A stretch of 64,000 nt of DNA from Lytechinus pictus (GCF_037042905.1 NC_087252.1:16184001-16248000); one strand, 5' to 3'; counted from the stretch's first letter, positions 24,679 to 37,756 are shown. Notes: generated from the letters alone by a model not told the origin. Numbers and translations are program-made.

Positions 24679-25247
24679 TAGCCTGGAGGCGTGTGGGGAG
24701 TAAAAGTCATCTACTTTACGTAGGCTTACTCCCCACTGACGCCTGGGATGCCAGGGTATATCATGTATATTCACCCACGAAGGGCCACAAAACCTGAAAC
24801 TTTCGCCCCCGAGATTTCTACTTTCCCTCTAAAAGATCTAGCCCTAAATGTAAATGGGGTTCAACTTCATTTCGCGCGATTTGCGTGCTGTCGCCAAGCG
24901 GAATATAAAGAAATCAAGATGGCGACGTAAACTCGGCCATAAGCTCTGTCTTCCCATCTTTTCAAAACATTTTCTCGTTTTTTAAATGAATTCTTCTTTA
25001 AAAATGAAATCGATATCGCAGAAATGTTGGAAATGAAGTTTAACCCCATGTACATGTTTTAGTTACTTTTAGGGCTAGATCTTTTATTGTTTAAATTAGA
25101 GGGAAAGTAGAAATCTCGGGGGCAAAAGTTTCAGGTTTTGTGGCCCTTCGTGGGTGAATATACCTTGGCGTCCCAGGCGTCAGTGGGGAGTAATTAAGCC
25201 TACGTAGAGTACATGACTTACTCCCCAGACGCCTCCAGGTCCGGCTA
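24679..25247. mobile_element. hAT-type MITE inserted in the right TIR of the related MITE at 1957
   Basis: 8-bp TSD AAGCCGCC (24671-78, 25248-55); TAGCC..GGCTA termini; ~170-bp inverted arms; shares CCTGAAACTTTCGCCCCCGAGATTTCTAC core with 1957-2380 and 40536-40850. Confidence 0.88.
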
Positions 25248-28200
25248 AAGCCGCCTGGACGTTCCTACGTATCGCTCATCTCGCGATCTCGTCATGCAAC
25301 AGGCCCCAGCTTTATGAAACGGCCCCCAGCTGTACGTATTGTGGTACGCCGGCTCGCGCGTGCCGCGTTTCTACCCGCAAACTAACCCAGGGAGCTCCCG
25401 CCCGCGCTTACCGTGTATTTTACCATACTCACGGGACTAGGGTGATTTATGGTCTAAATATTTCTCCAAATGAATTGTGAAAACAGAAATTATGCACTTA
25501 CCACGATATGGATGAAGGTCTAACGAGTGGCAGTTTCCTGACATCTGGGCACAGCTGGAACCTCAAAAAACGAAAAGTTCTCTCCTTCTACCCCAGTCTC
25601 GATCCACTCACACAAGCATGCGAGGTTAGTTGTATAACCTCGCACAACGCATGTCATTTCATAATGAATTTTGACGTTTTCATTCATCACACGAATGTGA
25701 GAGAATGACACACGCCTAAATCTTCACAATATACTAAAGTTATTCATCTAAATCTGTTCATTGAATTAATTTTCAAACTATGCTCCAAAATATTCATAAA
25801 AAGAGATTTTAAACGCTTACCTTCAAATCTCAGCCAAGATACTCCGTCCGATCCTTAATACTGCGGTGGAAATTACGCAAACAACAATCGAAATGCGAAT
25901 TTTTCTAACAGTCTAGATTCAAGTCGCCGGCGCATAATAGGAAATTGTACAAAAAAAATCAACAGGCATCTCACGTATAATCGCCGTTGGCGCTATATAC
26001 ATCATAAAATAACGCTGATTACAGCGAAAAAAATGCGGAGCGCCTAGAACGCAACCAGCACTGCAGTACAGCTGATCTGACGTAACGACGTAAACATGCA
26101 AGCAAGTTTATTAAATAATATCGCGCGCCCTCTCTGTGCGTATAGAGAAAACCAGCGAATTGGCCGCATGCCTGCTTCGACATCAAGTAAAATCATCGAT
26201 ATAAAGTACCAGAAAGACAGAGAGGAATTGAAATTGGCTTCATATCTTTTGGTAAGTTTCATATCCAAAGCCACTCACACGTATTGCGAGGTTAGTATTA
26301 GTATACTAACCTCGCACCACGAACCGCGTTTGGCAGTGGATTTCTAACTAGTGGGTCGCGCGTGCTGGGATCTCACTTCTTGGGTCCACAACACACGACT
26401 TCTATGGCTTGATTTTTCTGTGCGCGGCGGCATGTAATGAACCCTTGGCTTGGGTGATCCAAAGCTTACTTCATGTAAAATGTAGATAAATTTCAAATTT
26501 TTACATAAGAATAAAAAACTTATTCAGTTATTGCAAGTGCCGTGCCAGCGGTTATCCTGTGCACGGCGGCGGTAATGTACCCATAGGTGGTCTCGATTGG
26601 CCATAAATACAATTCATAAAAAAAATGGCCGATCGAGACGGGGGTAGACCATAGAGATGTATACTAATTACGCTAGAGTGCGGAGTCGCCATAGGCGCGC
26701 GTACTTAACGTCTGTGATTGCGCGGAGCGTGGTCGGCCATTGCTCGATAGGTCTCGATTTGCAAAAGTACCCGGATGTATACATAGCTCGTACGTGTAAC
26801 GCTGCGAAAAAGGGTGCTGTCTCCGGCTTTTATCTTGAAGAAAAGAATCCAACCTCATATACAATTGAAAATATGAATGACAAATTGCATCTCAATAAAC
26901 TATTAGTAACTATCAATAAACTATTGATCACATGGGGATCAGTTATTGATTTGTCTTTTACCTGAATTCTCGGGATGAAATTCTCAAATAATTTGCATCT
27001 ACGAATACCTGCCCCCCCTGTCCGTTTATAGGCCTATTATAATAATAGACAACATATTGATAACACATTAATAAATAAATAGATAAATAAATAAAATAAA
27101 AAATTGATAGTAAATTTTGACATTTAATTCAAAAGACAGTAAATCAGCCCATCTTCTATGGATTTCCCTACCTTTGGCTTTAACTGTCATCGTCCTTTGG
27201 CAATTCCTTCATCCACATGATTCCATGTTCTCATCGACCAATTTATGTCGGATATAATTTTGTAATTTCAATTCACTTCACTTCAATTCATTTTTTAAAA
27301 TTTCATTTCCATTCAAACATAATACAAAGTTATATATATCGGATAGGCCCTATACAATTTTACAGATGAACATTCTTATCTCGTAAAAAAAAAAACAGTA
27401 TAGGCCTATAAAATTGAGCATACATGGCCTACTATTATGTAACTTGCCTTAATTTGTATGAAATATATTCTAGTAATAGTTTTTTTTTAATGTACAATAA
27501 TTTGTATAAGTTAGTGTTTTTATCTTATACTAACTATTACTATTTATGAGCTATTTTAGTTTTATTAGCAAGTAGTATTTAAGGGCATCTCATTAATTTT
27601 TCTTGGTGAGCCTCCCGTTACACCATCAATGGTGAAACTATATTGGGTCTTCAGTGGTTTTATTAATTTTTTTCTCATAGGAATATGATAAAAATCTGCA
27701 GGCCTATACGGCACCGAAAATGAGATATTGATTTAAAAAATATCTAGAATGACTTTTCATTGTTCCAAAATTTTTGCTTTTAATACCCTTCTCTTTGAGT
27801 TAGAATCGGTTTATTTTATTCGCCTTTTAGGGGGCGGGGTGAAGTGACATACGCATCCAAGCAAATTCACAATCAAAATAAAAGTATTCAAGTACAGGGG
27901 GCGCGACCGGACCCCTCCCTGAAGTGAAAATGAACAGTACATAATAAAATATGATTGTGATTTTATGCACCCCCCCCCCGACCACCACTTTCAAAATCAT
28001 TCCGCGGCCCCGTATTAAACTGACATAATAATTTTGTTCATCCATGGAAATCGTATCATTTAAAAAAAATGAGAAAATCAAATTCAGTATATACTTTTAA
28101 AATGACCCCAAAAAAGGGGGGAAAAAGGAATCTGTCAAACGCGTGTTTATATCTGTTCATACACAGAGCCGAGAGGCCGGTGCCAGTGTTAGGAAATCTT

Positions 28201-29071
28201 TGTCATTAACGTGATTAAGTTAGTATTCAAGCAACACAGTCACATTAATTTGATTAACACAATTTCAAGACAGGTATTATATTTGAAGTTAGATTAGGAT
28301 GATCACTCAACAGCCGACAATTTGTAATATCTTATTCCAAGGATTTGTCAGTTTTACAATAGGCCTATAATTATTGATAAATATGTTTGGTTTTCGTACT
28401 CACAATTTTACAGAAGTTTTTATGATAAGTTTTAGTGTGCATGTATCTCTTTCAGGATATTGTTATCAAGTGGTTTTATACACTCAGATGCAGTAATAAT
28501 GTACTTCGTAGTATAATATAAAAAAAAAACTTATTATATCCCCCTCCCGCTCTGTTTATTCTCCTCTCCTTCTCCTCCTCCTTCTTCCTCTTCTTATTAT
28601 TCGATCCTTGATTGTTCACATAATATACATGTACGATAACAAACACAATATCTCAACCGGTTTGCCGATCAGCAAGGTATTTCAGCCGGGGTGAATCAAG
28701 CCTAGATTTTCCAGAAAATCAAAGTGAAAATATTTTATGTTGCGTTAAACACGCATCGTAATTTGTTTATCATGTTTACAAGGCAATACTGTAAACACAA
28801 TTTCCCTCAATATTAGGCCTCCTGTATACAATGCAAAATATTTTATTGTACGACTGCATGCATGCGCGCATTCGATATGCAAATTTTGCTGTCAACAAAC
28901 TTTCTACATTGATTTGCAAGTAAGAAAGTATATGATCGGATGGTTGCCAACATTGGACATATAAATCATAAACTTATAGATTCATCAATTAACTGGACCA
29001 ATGTGTAAATCATTTTGAAATATTATCAATAAAAAGTCATTTTATGACTCACGAGTTATTGTGATAACGGT

Positions 29072-30210
29072 TGTGGCTGCCGCCCTTTATCCTCGATAAA
29101 CGGACGGAGTTTCGGTTAAATACTCTCACTCCAAAAGAAATGTATTCACAGACTTTAGTGTGGCTTATGTGGAACTTTATTCCGTCATCCCACGGTCCAA
29201 AATCCGAGATAAAATACTGAAACAAAACAGATACAAATATACATTTTGACTTACACATTCAGACAATCTACAAATGGTTATATTCTACTAGTGAAACAAT
29301 CTAAAGATGAGAACTATATATGTAAACAATGACTAGAAATATAGAGGAAATACTGTACTATCAGAACTCGAATACTTAACATGTATTAGGATAAAACTTC
29401 TCTATACTACCAAGGAACATATATCTCCACTATACTACCAAGGAACATAAATATTAAATAACTCAATCATTCTACTAATTGTATCTGAATAAACATGACA
29501 CAAATAACTATCAGTAGGTATAACACCAATAAGATCTTGAAAAGTAAATATGATATCCAAATCTATCAGAATATATATACTATAACATAGAAAGATAAGT
29601 GTTCTATACCAAAAGAAGTTTATGATTCAAGAAAGAAACTAAAGTATAATCATATTATTAATCTATATATTCTTATATCTTGGTCTCAACTATCAACAGA
29701 AAGATATAGAGTAAAACTTATAAGCAATCTTACCAATTGGAGGCTATAAGACTATACACTTGGTTGCAATCAATACGAGAAATATCTTGACGGTCAACTG
29801 GAGTTCTCTCTTCTATGTCTTTACTACGAACTGAAGTTTCTTGGCTTTTTGCATCTCTATTTAAAGGCTCTGAACTTCTGGTCAAGCCAGACTGCTCATT
29901 AGACAGTCTAATTAAAAGTTACAAGGAAGCTGGTACTGCCCAGCACTCTACACAGAACAAAACAATGAACTTGACCATTCCTATACAAATTATAACAATG
30001 AAGGGTGGACGCGATGTTTGTCCATAGAATTAGCTTTCTGCACCTTTACTTTAACACATAACCTGCCCTATGGAATTTCATGTAGAAAGAGATTAAGAAA
30101 ATGCTAGAGTGCGAAATGAGAGACCTAGTGGAATATGAATTTAAACATAATATCAAAATATATACATCATTGAAATTGCATAGAACTCACTGCACACTGC
30201 TGCAGTGACA
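29072..30210 (-). repeat. 3' LTR of BEL/Pao element
   Basis: TGTGGCTGCC...GCAGTGACA; direct repeat of the rejoined 5' LTR. Confidence 0.95.
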
Positions 30211-30858
30211 TGGCTCCTTTAACTGATCCTGCTATCAGTTACCTATCAAAAACTGTTCAAAATAAATTGATTCAGGATACTAATACTTCAAATTATTATA
30301 GATTCAAATAATTAAATACTCGCTACAGTATAAACAGCAATGTAAGAACAACAACCCAAATAGGAATCATGATATTCCAATTTCATTGTGTAATCATCTG
30401 TAAAACTAAAACAAATGGAAATCACCTGATTAACAATAATTATGTGATCATCTTTAGCACAATATTACTAAATTCAAGTGTCGCAATGTACTACTTAGTA
30501 CAATATATATGTCAAGCACATCAAATACATTGACTAGAAAAATCATAATAAATAGAGCTTCAAACATGTTAACGATACCAATGCAATGAAATTAATTTCA
30601 ATCTAAAATCAATATTACTCTGTGATCTTGCTATTACAAATTACACCTCGAGCAATTTAAATATTCCAAAATCACTATGCACATAATAAATGTGATGAAA
30701 ATGGGAAAGAGAATGCTGATAGAAAGAAAGAGAGAGAGAGTGAGAGTGAAGGATGAGAAGATGAGGAAGAAGAAGTATAAGAAGAGAGAGAATGAGGATG
30801 CTAGGGAAAGAGTTTGATAGATACAGAGAAAGAGAAATAATACATTTACAATAAGACA

Positions 30859-33800
30859 TCACTTCTTATTTTCCTCTTGGCTCCTTGATCGGGAATCCTC
30901 TGGTCTTCCGATTGCATCATTTCCTCGCGATGTTTCTTCAGCAGGAATTAGGACCACCAGCTTATGTATCGGTCTGTCAAGGATAGTTGGCTGACCCTTC
31001 CTTCGTCCATCTTTGTCTAAACCCTTGTTTGCCATCATTAGTTGGACTTTGCGTACGTTACCATCTTTGCTAGTAAGGACTTTCTCTACTCGACCAAGGG
31101 GCCAATTACCTCGAAATTCACCTTCTTCTTTGACAATGACCACATCGCCTGTCCTGACGCTTCGCTTTGGTTTAACCCACTTCTGTCTGGTTTGGAGTTC
31201 AGCCAAGAATTCTTTTCTCCATCTTAGCCAGAATTCATTGGAGAGATGCTGAACTCGTCTCCACCATTTTCGACAATAGGAATCTGCCGTTTGGAACTTT
31301 TCAGGAGGTGGTAGCACGATTTTAGGTTTCATAGTCAACAGATGGTTTGGTGTTAGAGGCTCAGGAGCATCTGGAGAACAAAGGTTTGTCGTCGAAAGAG
31401 GTCTAGAGTTGACTATTGATTCAACCTCTGTTAAGAATGTTCTGTAAGACTCATCGTCGAGCTGGTTTCCTGAGCTGATTAGCAGGGGCTCTAGAGCACG
31501 ACGAACAGTAGCAATCTGCCTTTCCCATACTCCCCCCATGTGAGAAGAATGGGGAGTATTCAGTTGATTCCATCTCTTTACAGCAAGATGACGATTATTA
31601 GGCACTTGGACATGATCTGACTTGAAGGGTAGAGGCATTTCATAATTCCAGTTTTGACTCTTTGTTATTCCCTTCTCCAAGATATCAGGAAACCTCACAT
31701 CTTGTACCGATAGTGGTGGATGACCTTCCTTCTCCTCTTTGAAGTCGGCTTCCAATGCTTGAATTATCTTTTCAGGGCAGATTATTTCCTTAACCTTAGT
31801 CTGGAAACTGAAGTTGGGGTATGAGTTGACTGAGATTTTGTTACAAGTTGCAGACTTGAGTTCTCCAGGAGTTTTACACATTCTCCCAACTACTCCCCAT
31901 CCAAGCAATGATCTCTGGGCATATGGGTCATCTTCATTTCCAGCTATGATTTCACGTGGTCTAACTGCTCTTGTACAATCATTACCGATAAGTAACGATA
32001 CTTCTACATCTTTCCTGTATGGCATCATTTTACTTGCTATGCTGTTTAGATGGTCCCACTGCTTGACTACCTCTGGCTTAGGGATCTGGGAGCGGGATGC
32101 AGGTAACGAATCCCTGGACAAAGTGATTGGAAGCTGGATGACATTCTCCTTGTTGAAGTCCAGTACTTCAAGACCTTTAATCCTTTCACTTTCTATCTTC
32201 CCTGTCTGGTGCATTGTTGTAAGGAGAAGATTTGTTTTCTCCCCTTTAACATCTAGCTTCTTGCAGAGGCGTTTGGAGACAAAACTCACGTTCGATTGGT
32301 CATCAAGAATGGCATATTCTAGCGTCTCCTCTGATGGTCGATCCACATGCCTTACCCAAACTGGAACGATCATGCTGTGATCCCTCCCATCCTGGTCAGG
32401 CATCAGACATACAGATGTGCAATTCGATGTTCCTTCCTGCAGTTCAGCTTTGTCTGGTTTGGTTTGGTCGTAGTGGAGGCATGTGAGATGCATTTTCCCA
32501 CATAGTTTGCATGACTTTCTCTGCTGACAATTTCTGACAAAGTGATCGTCTGTTCCTCCACACCCAAGACATATCATTTTCTTCCTGAAGAAAGCCTTTC
32601 TCACCTGTATAGAGTTTTTTGCGAAATGATCACAATCTTCAATATGATGATCTCTCTCACAAAAGGGGCACATTGAGAAGAGGCCATGCCTATGCGATAC
32701 CTTGGACTGCTTGCTCGGTTCATTATCTTGTCCGTTTGTAGCAAAGGTCCTTGCTTTCATACTCCTTTGATTTGTTTGGAAGCTTGGCTTTGACTCCTTA
32801 GCTAATGGCTCCATCTCAGGGATGTTTGCCTTGCTTGCAGCTCTCATAACAAACTCCGCAAATTCTGTGAACGAAGGGAAGCTTTGTGGGCCTTTATGAG
32901 AACGCCATCTATCGATCTCATCACGCCACTTTCCCTCCAAATAGCCTGGTAACTTCTCCACTAGCTTTACGTTTTCTTGAGGGTAATCCAGAATTCCCAA
33001 ATTGCGGACTCTTCTCTTGGCTGCCACAACTTTCTGAAGAAAATCTGCGAAGTCCCTCAGTCCACTGGCATCGCGACTTGAAATCTTCGGCCATGAAGTC
33101 AGTTTCTTTGTGTACGAGACGCTTATTGTATTGGGATCACCAAATCTCTCCTCTAGCTGCTTCAAAGCCTCTTGGTATGCATTTCTCCCTCCTATCAAAA
33201 GATGGTGCTCTACTATCTCCTTAGCCTTGCCACTGACATATGTATTCAAATAATTCAATTTGTATTGCTCACCAATTGGCTTTGAATCCACTGTACAGTC
33301 AAATGCATTTTTCCACAGCGTGTACTGCAGAGGATCACCAGAGAAGATTGGTACGTCGATCTTAGGGAGTTGGCTGAATGCGGCTAGCTGGTTACTAGCT
33401 GCGTTTTGTCCTGCTACAAAACGAGAAAGCTGTTGCAGGCAATCTTCCAGCGATGATGCAGCTGTATCTCGTCCGGCTTGCACAACTGGGCTACTAGTTG
33501 GTGGAGTATTGATCACAGGAGGCTCAGGTTTTATATTTTTCACTGCGACTTCCTCTTGTGAGTCAAAGAATCGCTCCATCCTTTCATTCTTTTTCTCCCG
33601 CGTCAGTCCTTTAATAGAAACCTCATCATCAGTTTCACTATCATCTTCGCAGCATTCTTCCAATATAGCCAGTTCTGAGATTTCGATGTCTGCAGCTACA
33701 ATAGACTTTTGAGCAGCAATCACTTTCTGCTCACTAAGATATACATTTTCCATATCTTTTTCTTCAAGCTCAAGAGTCTTCATTTTTTGTACAAGAACAG

Positions 33801-34044
33801 CCTTCCTATTTTGATGAAAGGCTTGTTTAGCTTCTTTGTCCTCTTTTAGCAACATTAGCATTTTACTTTCATTTTCTTTTTTAGCTTCCAGTGAGGCTCT
33901 ACGGGCAGAAAGTTCACTTTTTGCTGATCTACTTGATCTCCTGCTCCTTCTGCTACTGCTACCACTTACTTGGCTCTGCAGGTCCTCATCACTGGTTGCC
34001 CCTTTCAGCGACGTCATCCTCACCGATGTTTCTCGCTCACTCAT
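30859..34044 (-). CDS. BEL/Pao Gag-protease polyprotein fused in frame to the integrase C-terminus (RT, RNase H and most of integrase deleted), 1061 aa
   Basis: Gag motif PIFSGDPLQY..W..F; three Cys-His knuckles (CPFCERDHHIEDC, CLGCGGTDDHFVRNC, CKLCGKMHLTCLH); protease AILDDQS; YEMPLPFK..NNR..A.KR then directly PHSSHMGGVWER..VNSRPL..LTPNHLL..FWLRWRKEFL..WPLGRV..RPIHKLV; no Y.DD RT motif. Confidence 0.92.
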   Translation of the reverse strand: MSERETSVRMTSLKGATSDEDLQSQVSGSSSRRSRRSSRSAKSELSARRASLEAKKENESKMLMLLKEDKEAKQAFHQNRKAVLVQKMKTLELEEKDMENVYLSEQKVIAAQKSIVAADIEISELAILEECCEDDSETDDEVSIKGLTREKKNERMERFFDSQEEVAVKNIKPEPPVINTPPTSSPVVQAGRDTAASSLEDCLQQLSRFVAGQNAASNQLAAFSQLPKIDVPIFSGDPLQYTLWKNAFDCTVDSKPIGEQYKLNYLNTYVSGKAKEIVEHHLLIGGRNAYQEALKQLEERFGDPNTISVSYTKKLTSWPKISSRDASGLRDFADFLQKVVAAKRRVRNLGILDYPQENVKLVEKLPGYLEGKWRDEIDRWRSHKGPQSFPSFTEFAEFVMRAASKANIPEMEPLAKESKPSFQTNQRSMKARTFATNGQDNEPSKQSKVSHRHGLFSMCPFCERDHHIEDCDHFAKNSIQVRKAFFRKKMICLGCGGTDDHFVRNCQQRKSCKLCGKMHLTCLHYDQTKPDKAELQEGTSNCTSVCLMPDQDGRDHSMIVPVWVRHVDRPSEETLEYAILDDQSNVSFVSKRLCKKLDVKGEKTNLLLTTMHQTGKIESERIKGLEVLDFNKENVIQLPITLSRDSLPASRSQIPKPEVVKQWDHLNSIASKMMPYRKDVEVSLLIGNDCTRAVRPREIIAGNEDDPYAQRSLLGWGVVGRMCKTPGELKSATCNKISVNSYPNFSFQTKVKEIICPEKIIQALEADFKEEKEGHPPLSVQDVRFPDILEKGITKSQNWNYEMPLPFKSDHVQVPNNRHLAVKRWNQLNTPHSSHMGGVWERQIATVRRALEPLLISSGNQLDDESYRTFLTEVESIVNSRPLSTTNLCSPDAPEPLTPNHLLTMKPKIVLPPPEKFQTADSYCRKWWRRVQHLSNEFWLRWRKEFLAELQTRQKWVKPKRSVRTGDVVIVKEEGEFRGNWPLGRVEKVLTSKDGNVRKVQLMMANKGLDKDGRRKGQPTILDRPIHKLVVLIPAEETSRGNDAIGRPEDSRSRSQEENKK

Positions 34045-34084
34045 GCCGTACGAAGCGTAAATGTCTACAGCAGTTGTATTTTAT

Positions 34085-34312
34085 TGTGGCTGCCGCCCTT
34101 TATCCTCGATAAACGGACGGAGTTTCGGTTAAATACTCTCACTCCAAAAGAAATGTATTCACAGACTTTAGTGTGGCTTATGTGGAACTTTATTCCGTCA
34201 TCCCACGGTCCAAAATCCGAGATAAAATACTGAAACAAAACAGATACAAATATACATTTTGACTTACACATTCAGACAATCTACAAATGGTTATATTCTA
34301 CTAGTGAAACAA
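34085..34312 (-). repeat. 5' LTR of BEL/Pao element, inner piece
   Basis: Matches 29072-29299 with no difference seen. Confidence 0.95.
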
Positions 34313-34327
34313 CCCTTATAAAAAAAA

Positions 34328-35330
34328 TTGAATGGTATACCATTGAAATACCATACACCATACACCATTGAAACACCATTGATATACCATTGGAATACCA
34401 TTCGCACAGCACCCATCATACACCAATGGTATACCATTCAAGCCCCAATGGTATACCATTCAAACTAATTTAAATAATTGGGACGTTACTATTACCATAT
34501 TCATGAGCACCATTTACCATTCATATACCATTGATCAAACACCATTCACCATTGATCTACCATGGCCACTATAGACAGGTTTACCATTGACCACCATTCA
34601 GCCACCATTCACTGGCCTACCATTTACCATTCAGCCACCGTTCACTGGACACCATTGGTCTACCATTCACCTTACACCATTCACCATTCGCCTACCATTC
34701 ACCATACACCGTTGACCTACCATTCACCGTACACCATTCGCGTACCATTCACCGTACACCATTCACGTACCATTCACCATACACCATTCGCCTACCATTC
34801 ACCATACACCGTACACCTACCATTTACCGTACACCATTCGCGTACCATTCACCGTACACCATTGACCTACCATTCACCATACACCGTTCACCATTGCCCT
34901 ACCATTCACCATACACCATTGACCTACCATACATTGTACACCATTGGCCTACTATACACCGCACACCATTGACCTACCATTTACAGTTCACCATTGGCCT
35001 ACCATACACCATACACCATTGACCTACCAATCACCGTACACCATTGGCTTACCATACACCGTTGACCTACCATTTACCGTACACCATTGGCCTACCGTTC
35101 ACTGTACACCATTGCCATACCATACACTCTATACCATTGGTCAACCATTCAATTTACACCATTGGCCATACATTATAGACCACAAGTGTACTGTGAATGG
35201 TAGACCAATGGTTTACACTGAATGATAGTTAGTAGACCAAAGGTGTACAATGTATAGTAGGCCAATAAAGTACAGTGAATGGTAGACCAATGGTGAACAG
35301 CATATATAGATCGGGTTAATGGTAGGTTTG
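34328..35330. repeat. Left subterminal ACCATT minisatellite of element 3
   Basis: Dense (T/C)ACCATT units, switching to the inverse AATGGT after ~35190. Confidence 0.9.
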
Positions 35331-36143
35331 ATAATGGATTAAGTATGCACAAGAAAAAAATGATGAAAACAGTTATTTCAAGAACGTCAAATGTTTTTAC
35401 TATAAGAAGTTTAAGTACAGCATAAATGGAACACAGTATTCACAAGTATAGACTTTATAATTAAAGCACATAAGTTATGAATATATATGACTTTGCTCCT
35501 CGTTGACATCTATACTCTGTCAATCTTGGTATCTAAAATAAACATGTATCAAGACAGAGATTAATTGAAAAGCACAACAAATGAATAACATTTCCAAGAA
35601 TAAACATGTTCTCTCTGATGGCTTTTTACGTGGATTGAGTACTTGGCAAAACCACTGTTCTGCAAACAAACCTGATACGTGTAATACAATAACCTTGATT
35701 TTAAATCTGTTGCGTGTAATTGCTTTCACACAGCTACTTCAATGACATTAATAAAATATTTTTTTTACTAATAAGTTCAAGTACAAAAGAGTAGTACCCA
35801 GTATTGACAAGTACATGTATGGCATAAAAGCACCAGCATTATGAATACATGTGACTGCACGACTCTACAAGAGGTCAATGATTGCACTCCACATAGATAT
35901 TATGTTAATCTTCCTATAAACAAATCTAAATGTAAGACAGAGTTTGGACAACAAACTGATGAACACCAAATTTCGAAGATTAAACTCAAAATGTGTGATA
36001 GCCTTCACATGGCCAAATGATTAAAGGTAAAGAGTACCAAACTTAGAGGAAATAAATATCCCCAAAAGGGGGGAAAATAGTACCCCCATAAAAATAGAAC
36101 CTCCTAATATTTCTCTATTTTCTTTTCACCTAAAAGATATATC

Positions 36144-36712
36144 GGCGTGTTTCTACATAGAATCGTTAAAAGGTATTACCCGCGTAAGTATCCAGAATCC
36201 AGGAAAACTTTCCTGTAGAATTTTGTAGAAACAGACGCGATGCAGTTTATTGATAAACTGTTTCAAGCAAAATATGGTTTCTCATAACCATCTCTGAGAG
36301 GTGGTTATTGCCATGTTAATCCGTTTAACTTTTCTGTAAAAACACACGGCAAAATAGCGTATCGTGTCTGGCGGAAGTGCTTAATCCCGGAAGTGCAATT
36401 TTGCAGTAAATAAATTTGCACATTCTGGCCTTTTCGATCTCGCCAGCTGATCGTGCAACACGTATACCTGCTACATTGAGTGAGATCTACCACAAATTTT
36501 GAAAATTTTCCTAAGAAGATGCAATTTTGGACATATGTACAATGCAACGTGAGGTTATAGGTTGAATTTTCCAATTTCCGCCGTATTTGCAACGTGAAAA
36601 GCGAGTTAATCAGATTATTCGGTTTGTAGAAGCAGGTTGGTTTAAGGGCAATAAGGTTTTTCGAGTCCGGAAAAGATAAATCCTTTTTAATGATTTTCTG
36701 TAGAAACATGCC
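36144..36712. mobile_element. Inverted-repeat element (MITE-like)
   Basis: GGCGTGTTTCTACATAGAATCGTTAAAAGG mirrored by CCTTTTTAATGATTTTCTGTAGAAACATGCC; TSD not resolved. Confidence 0.55.
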
Positions 36713-37756
36713 AAAAGTTTATCATAAATACATTAAAGATACATAAAGAAATAAATAATATCTATATCAAAAATAGAATATATAGAATAATAGAATAATA
36801 AAGAATATATCATGAAAATAGAAAAAAAACAAGAAAAATAGCGACATTTTTTTTAAATATTTTGCAAATCATATAGAAAATAATTCTTAGTAGCACATCT
36901 ATTTTTTAACTATTTCCCATAGTTCAAATATACAAGATTCCCACTTATTTCTTTTTTGTCTATTTTTGTTGTGTTGAATCAGATGAATAACTCAACTATG
37001 TGTGAGAAATAATATAATTTTTGTCTTACACAGTATATCAGTAGTCAATCGTAATTTTTTACAACCTAGCTTGGACAAAATTTGAATTCATATAATACAA
37101 AAAAATATATAAATTGGGATCTTGTATATTCATGAGGACTTGCAGAGAACAGTTTTACCAAAAAATAACAACTTTAATTCATCATAATTTCGTTAATCCT
37201 CATTCAATTTTGATGAAATTTTCATTTTTTTTGGTCTCATGTACTCTTTGAATTAAAATCACATAACTTTCAGTCTAGAGTACCTAGCCCTTCAATCAAA
37301 CGGGTTGGACGACCGGTTACATTTTACATATAACATAGTTATAAGGAGAATGAAGGGGACCATAAAAAGAAAGCATGAGGAAAGGGGAGATTTAGGTAGG
37401 AAGAGAATTAATCAGAAAAGCATAATGTTGACAATTTCGTAAAAATCTGATAACAAAGTCTTTGATTTGAAGGTTTAGCAACATTTTGGGAAAAATTACT
37501 GGAATGTGCACATGATCGTCAGGAATATGTGTTAGGCTTATGTTATAAAATGAAATCATAATAATTTCATATTTTCGTACACGTGTGTATGATATGTCCC
37601 ACGTAGCATAAAATGATTTCAAGCAATGCATGTGTTTACATTAAATAAATCTTCACTCCACTTTTTAGTTCTTGGAGGTCAAAATGTGAATAAACATGAC
37701 TTCTTGTTATAAAATACAAAAGAACAAGTGGGGGTATGACATCAGCTTGTTAACTG

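Larger units (their letters stand above)
1957..25257. mobile_element. hAT-type MITE (about 0.46 kb) split by two later insertions; pieces 1957-2380, 24650-24678, 25256-25257
   Basis: 8-bp TSD GACGTTCC at 1949-1956 and 25258-25265. Left arm TAGCCAGGCAGCTTCTAGAGAGTAAAAATCACTTACTGA.. is mirrored by ..GTCAG|TAAATGATTTTTACTCTCTAGAAGCCGCC|TG once the inserts are removed; the last 4 nt of the right TIR are missing. Confidence 0.8.

Noticed and set aside
26650..27162. CATAGAG...TCTATG P-like MITE
   Set aside because: Inverted match is too short and no TSD was found.
30211..30858. env-like gene between pol and the 3' LTR
   Set aside because: Only a low-complexity GA-rich short ORF; no credible coding signal.
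31814..33712. Long plus-strand ORFs antisense to gag
   Set aside because: Shadow frames of the BEL ORF with no recognisable motifs.
34562..35225. His/Thr/Pro-rich ORFs (also 62093-62788, 2815-3464, 8016-8210)
   Set aside because: Translations of subterminal satellites.
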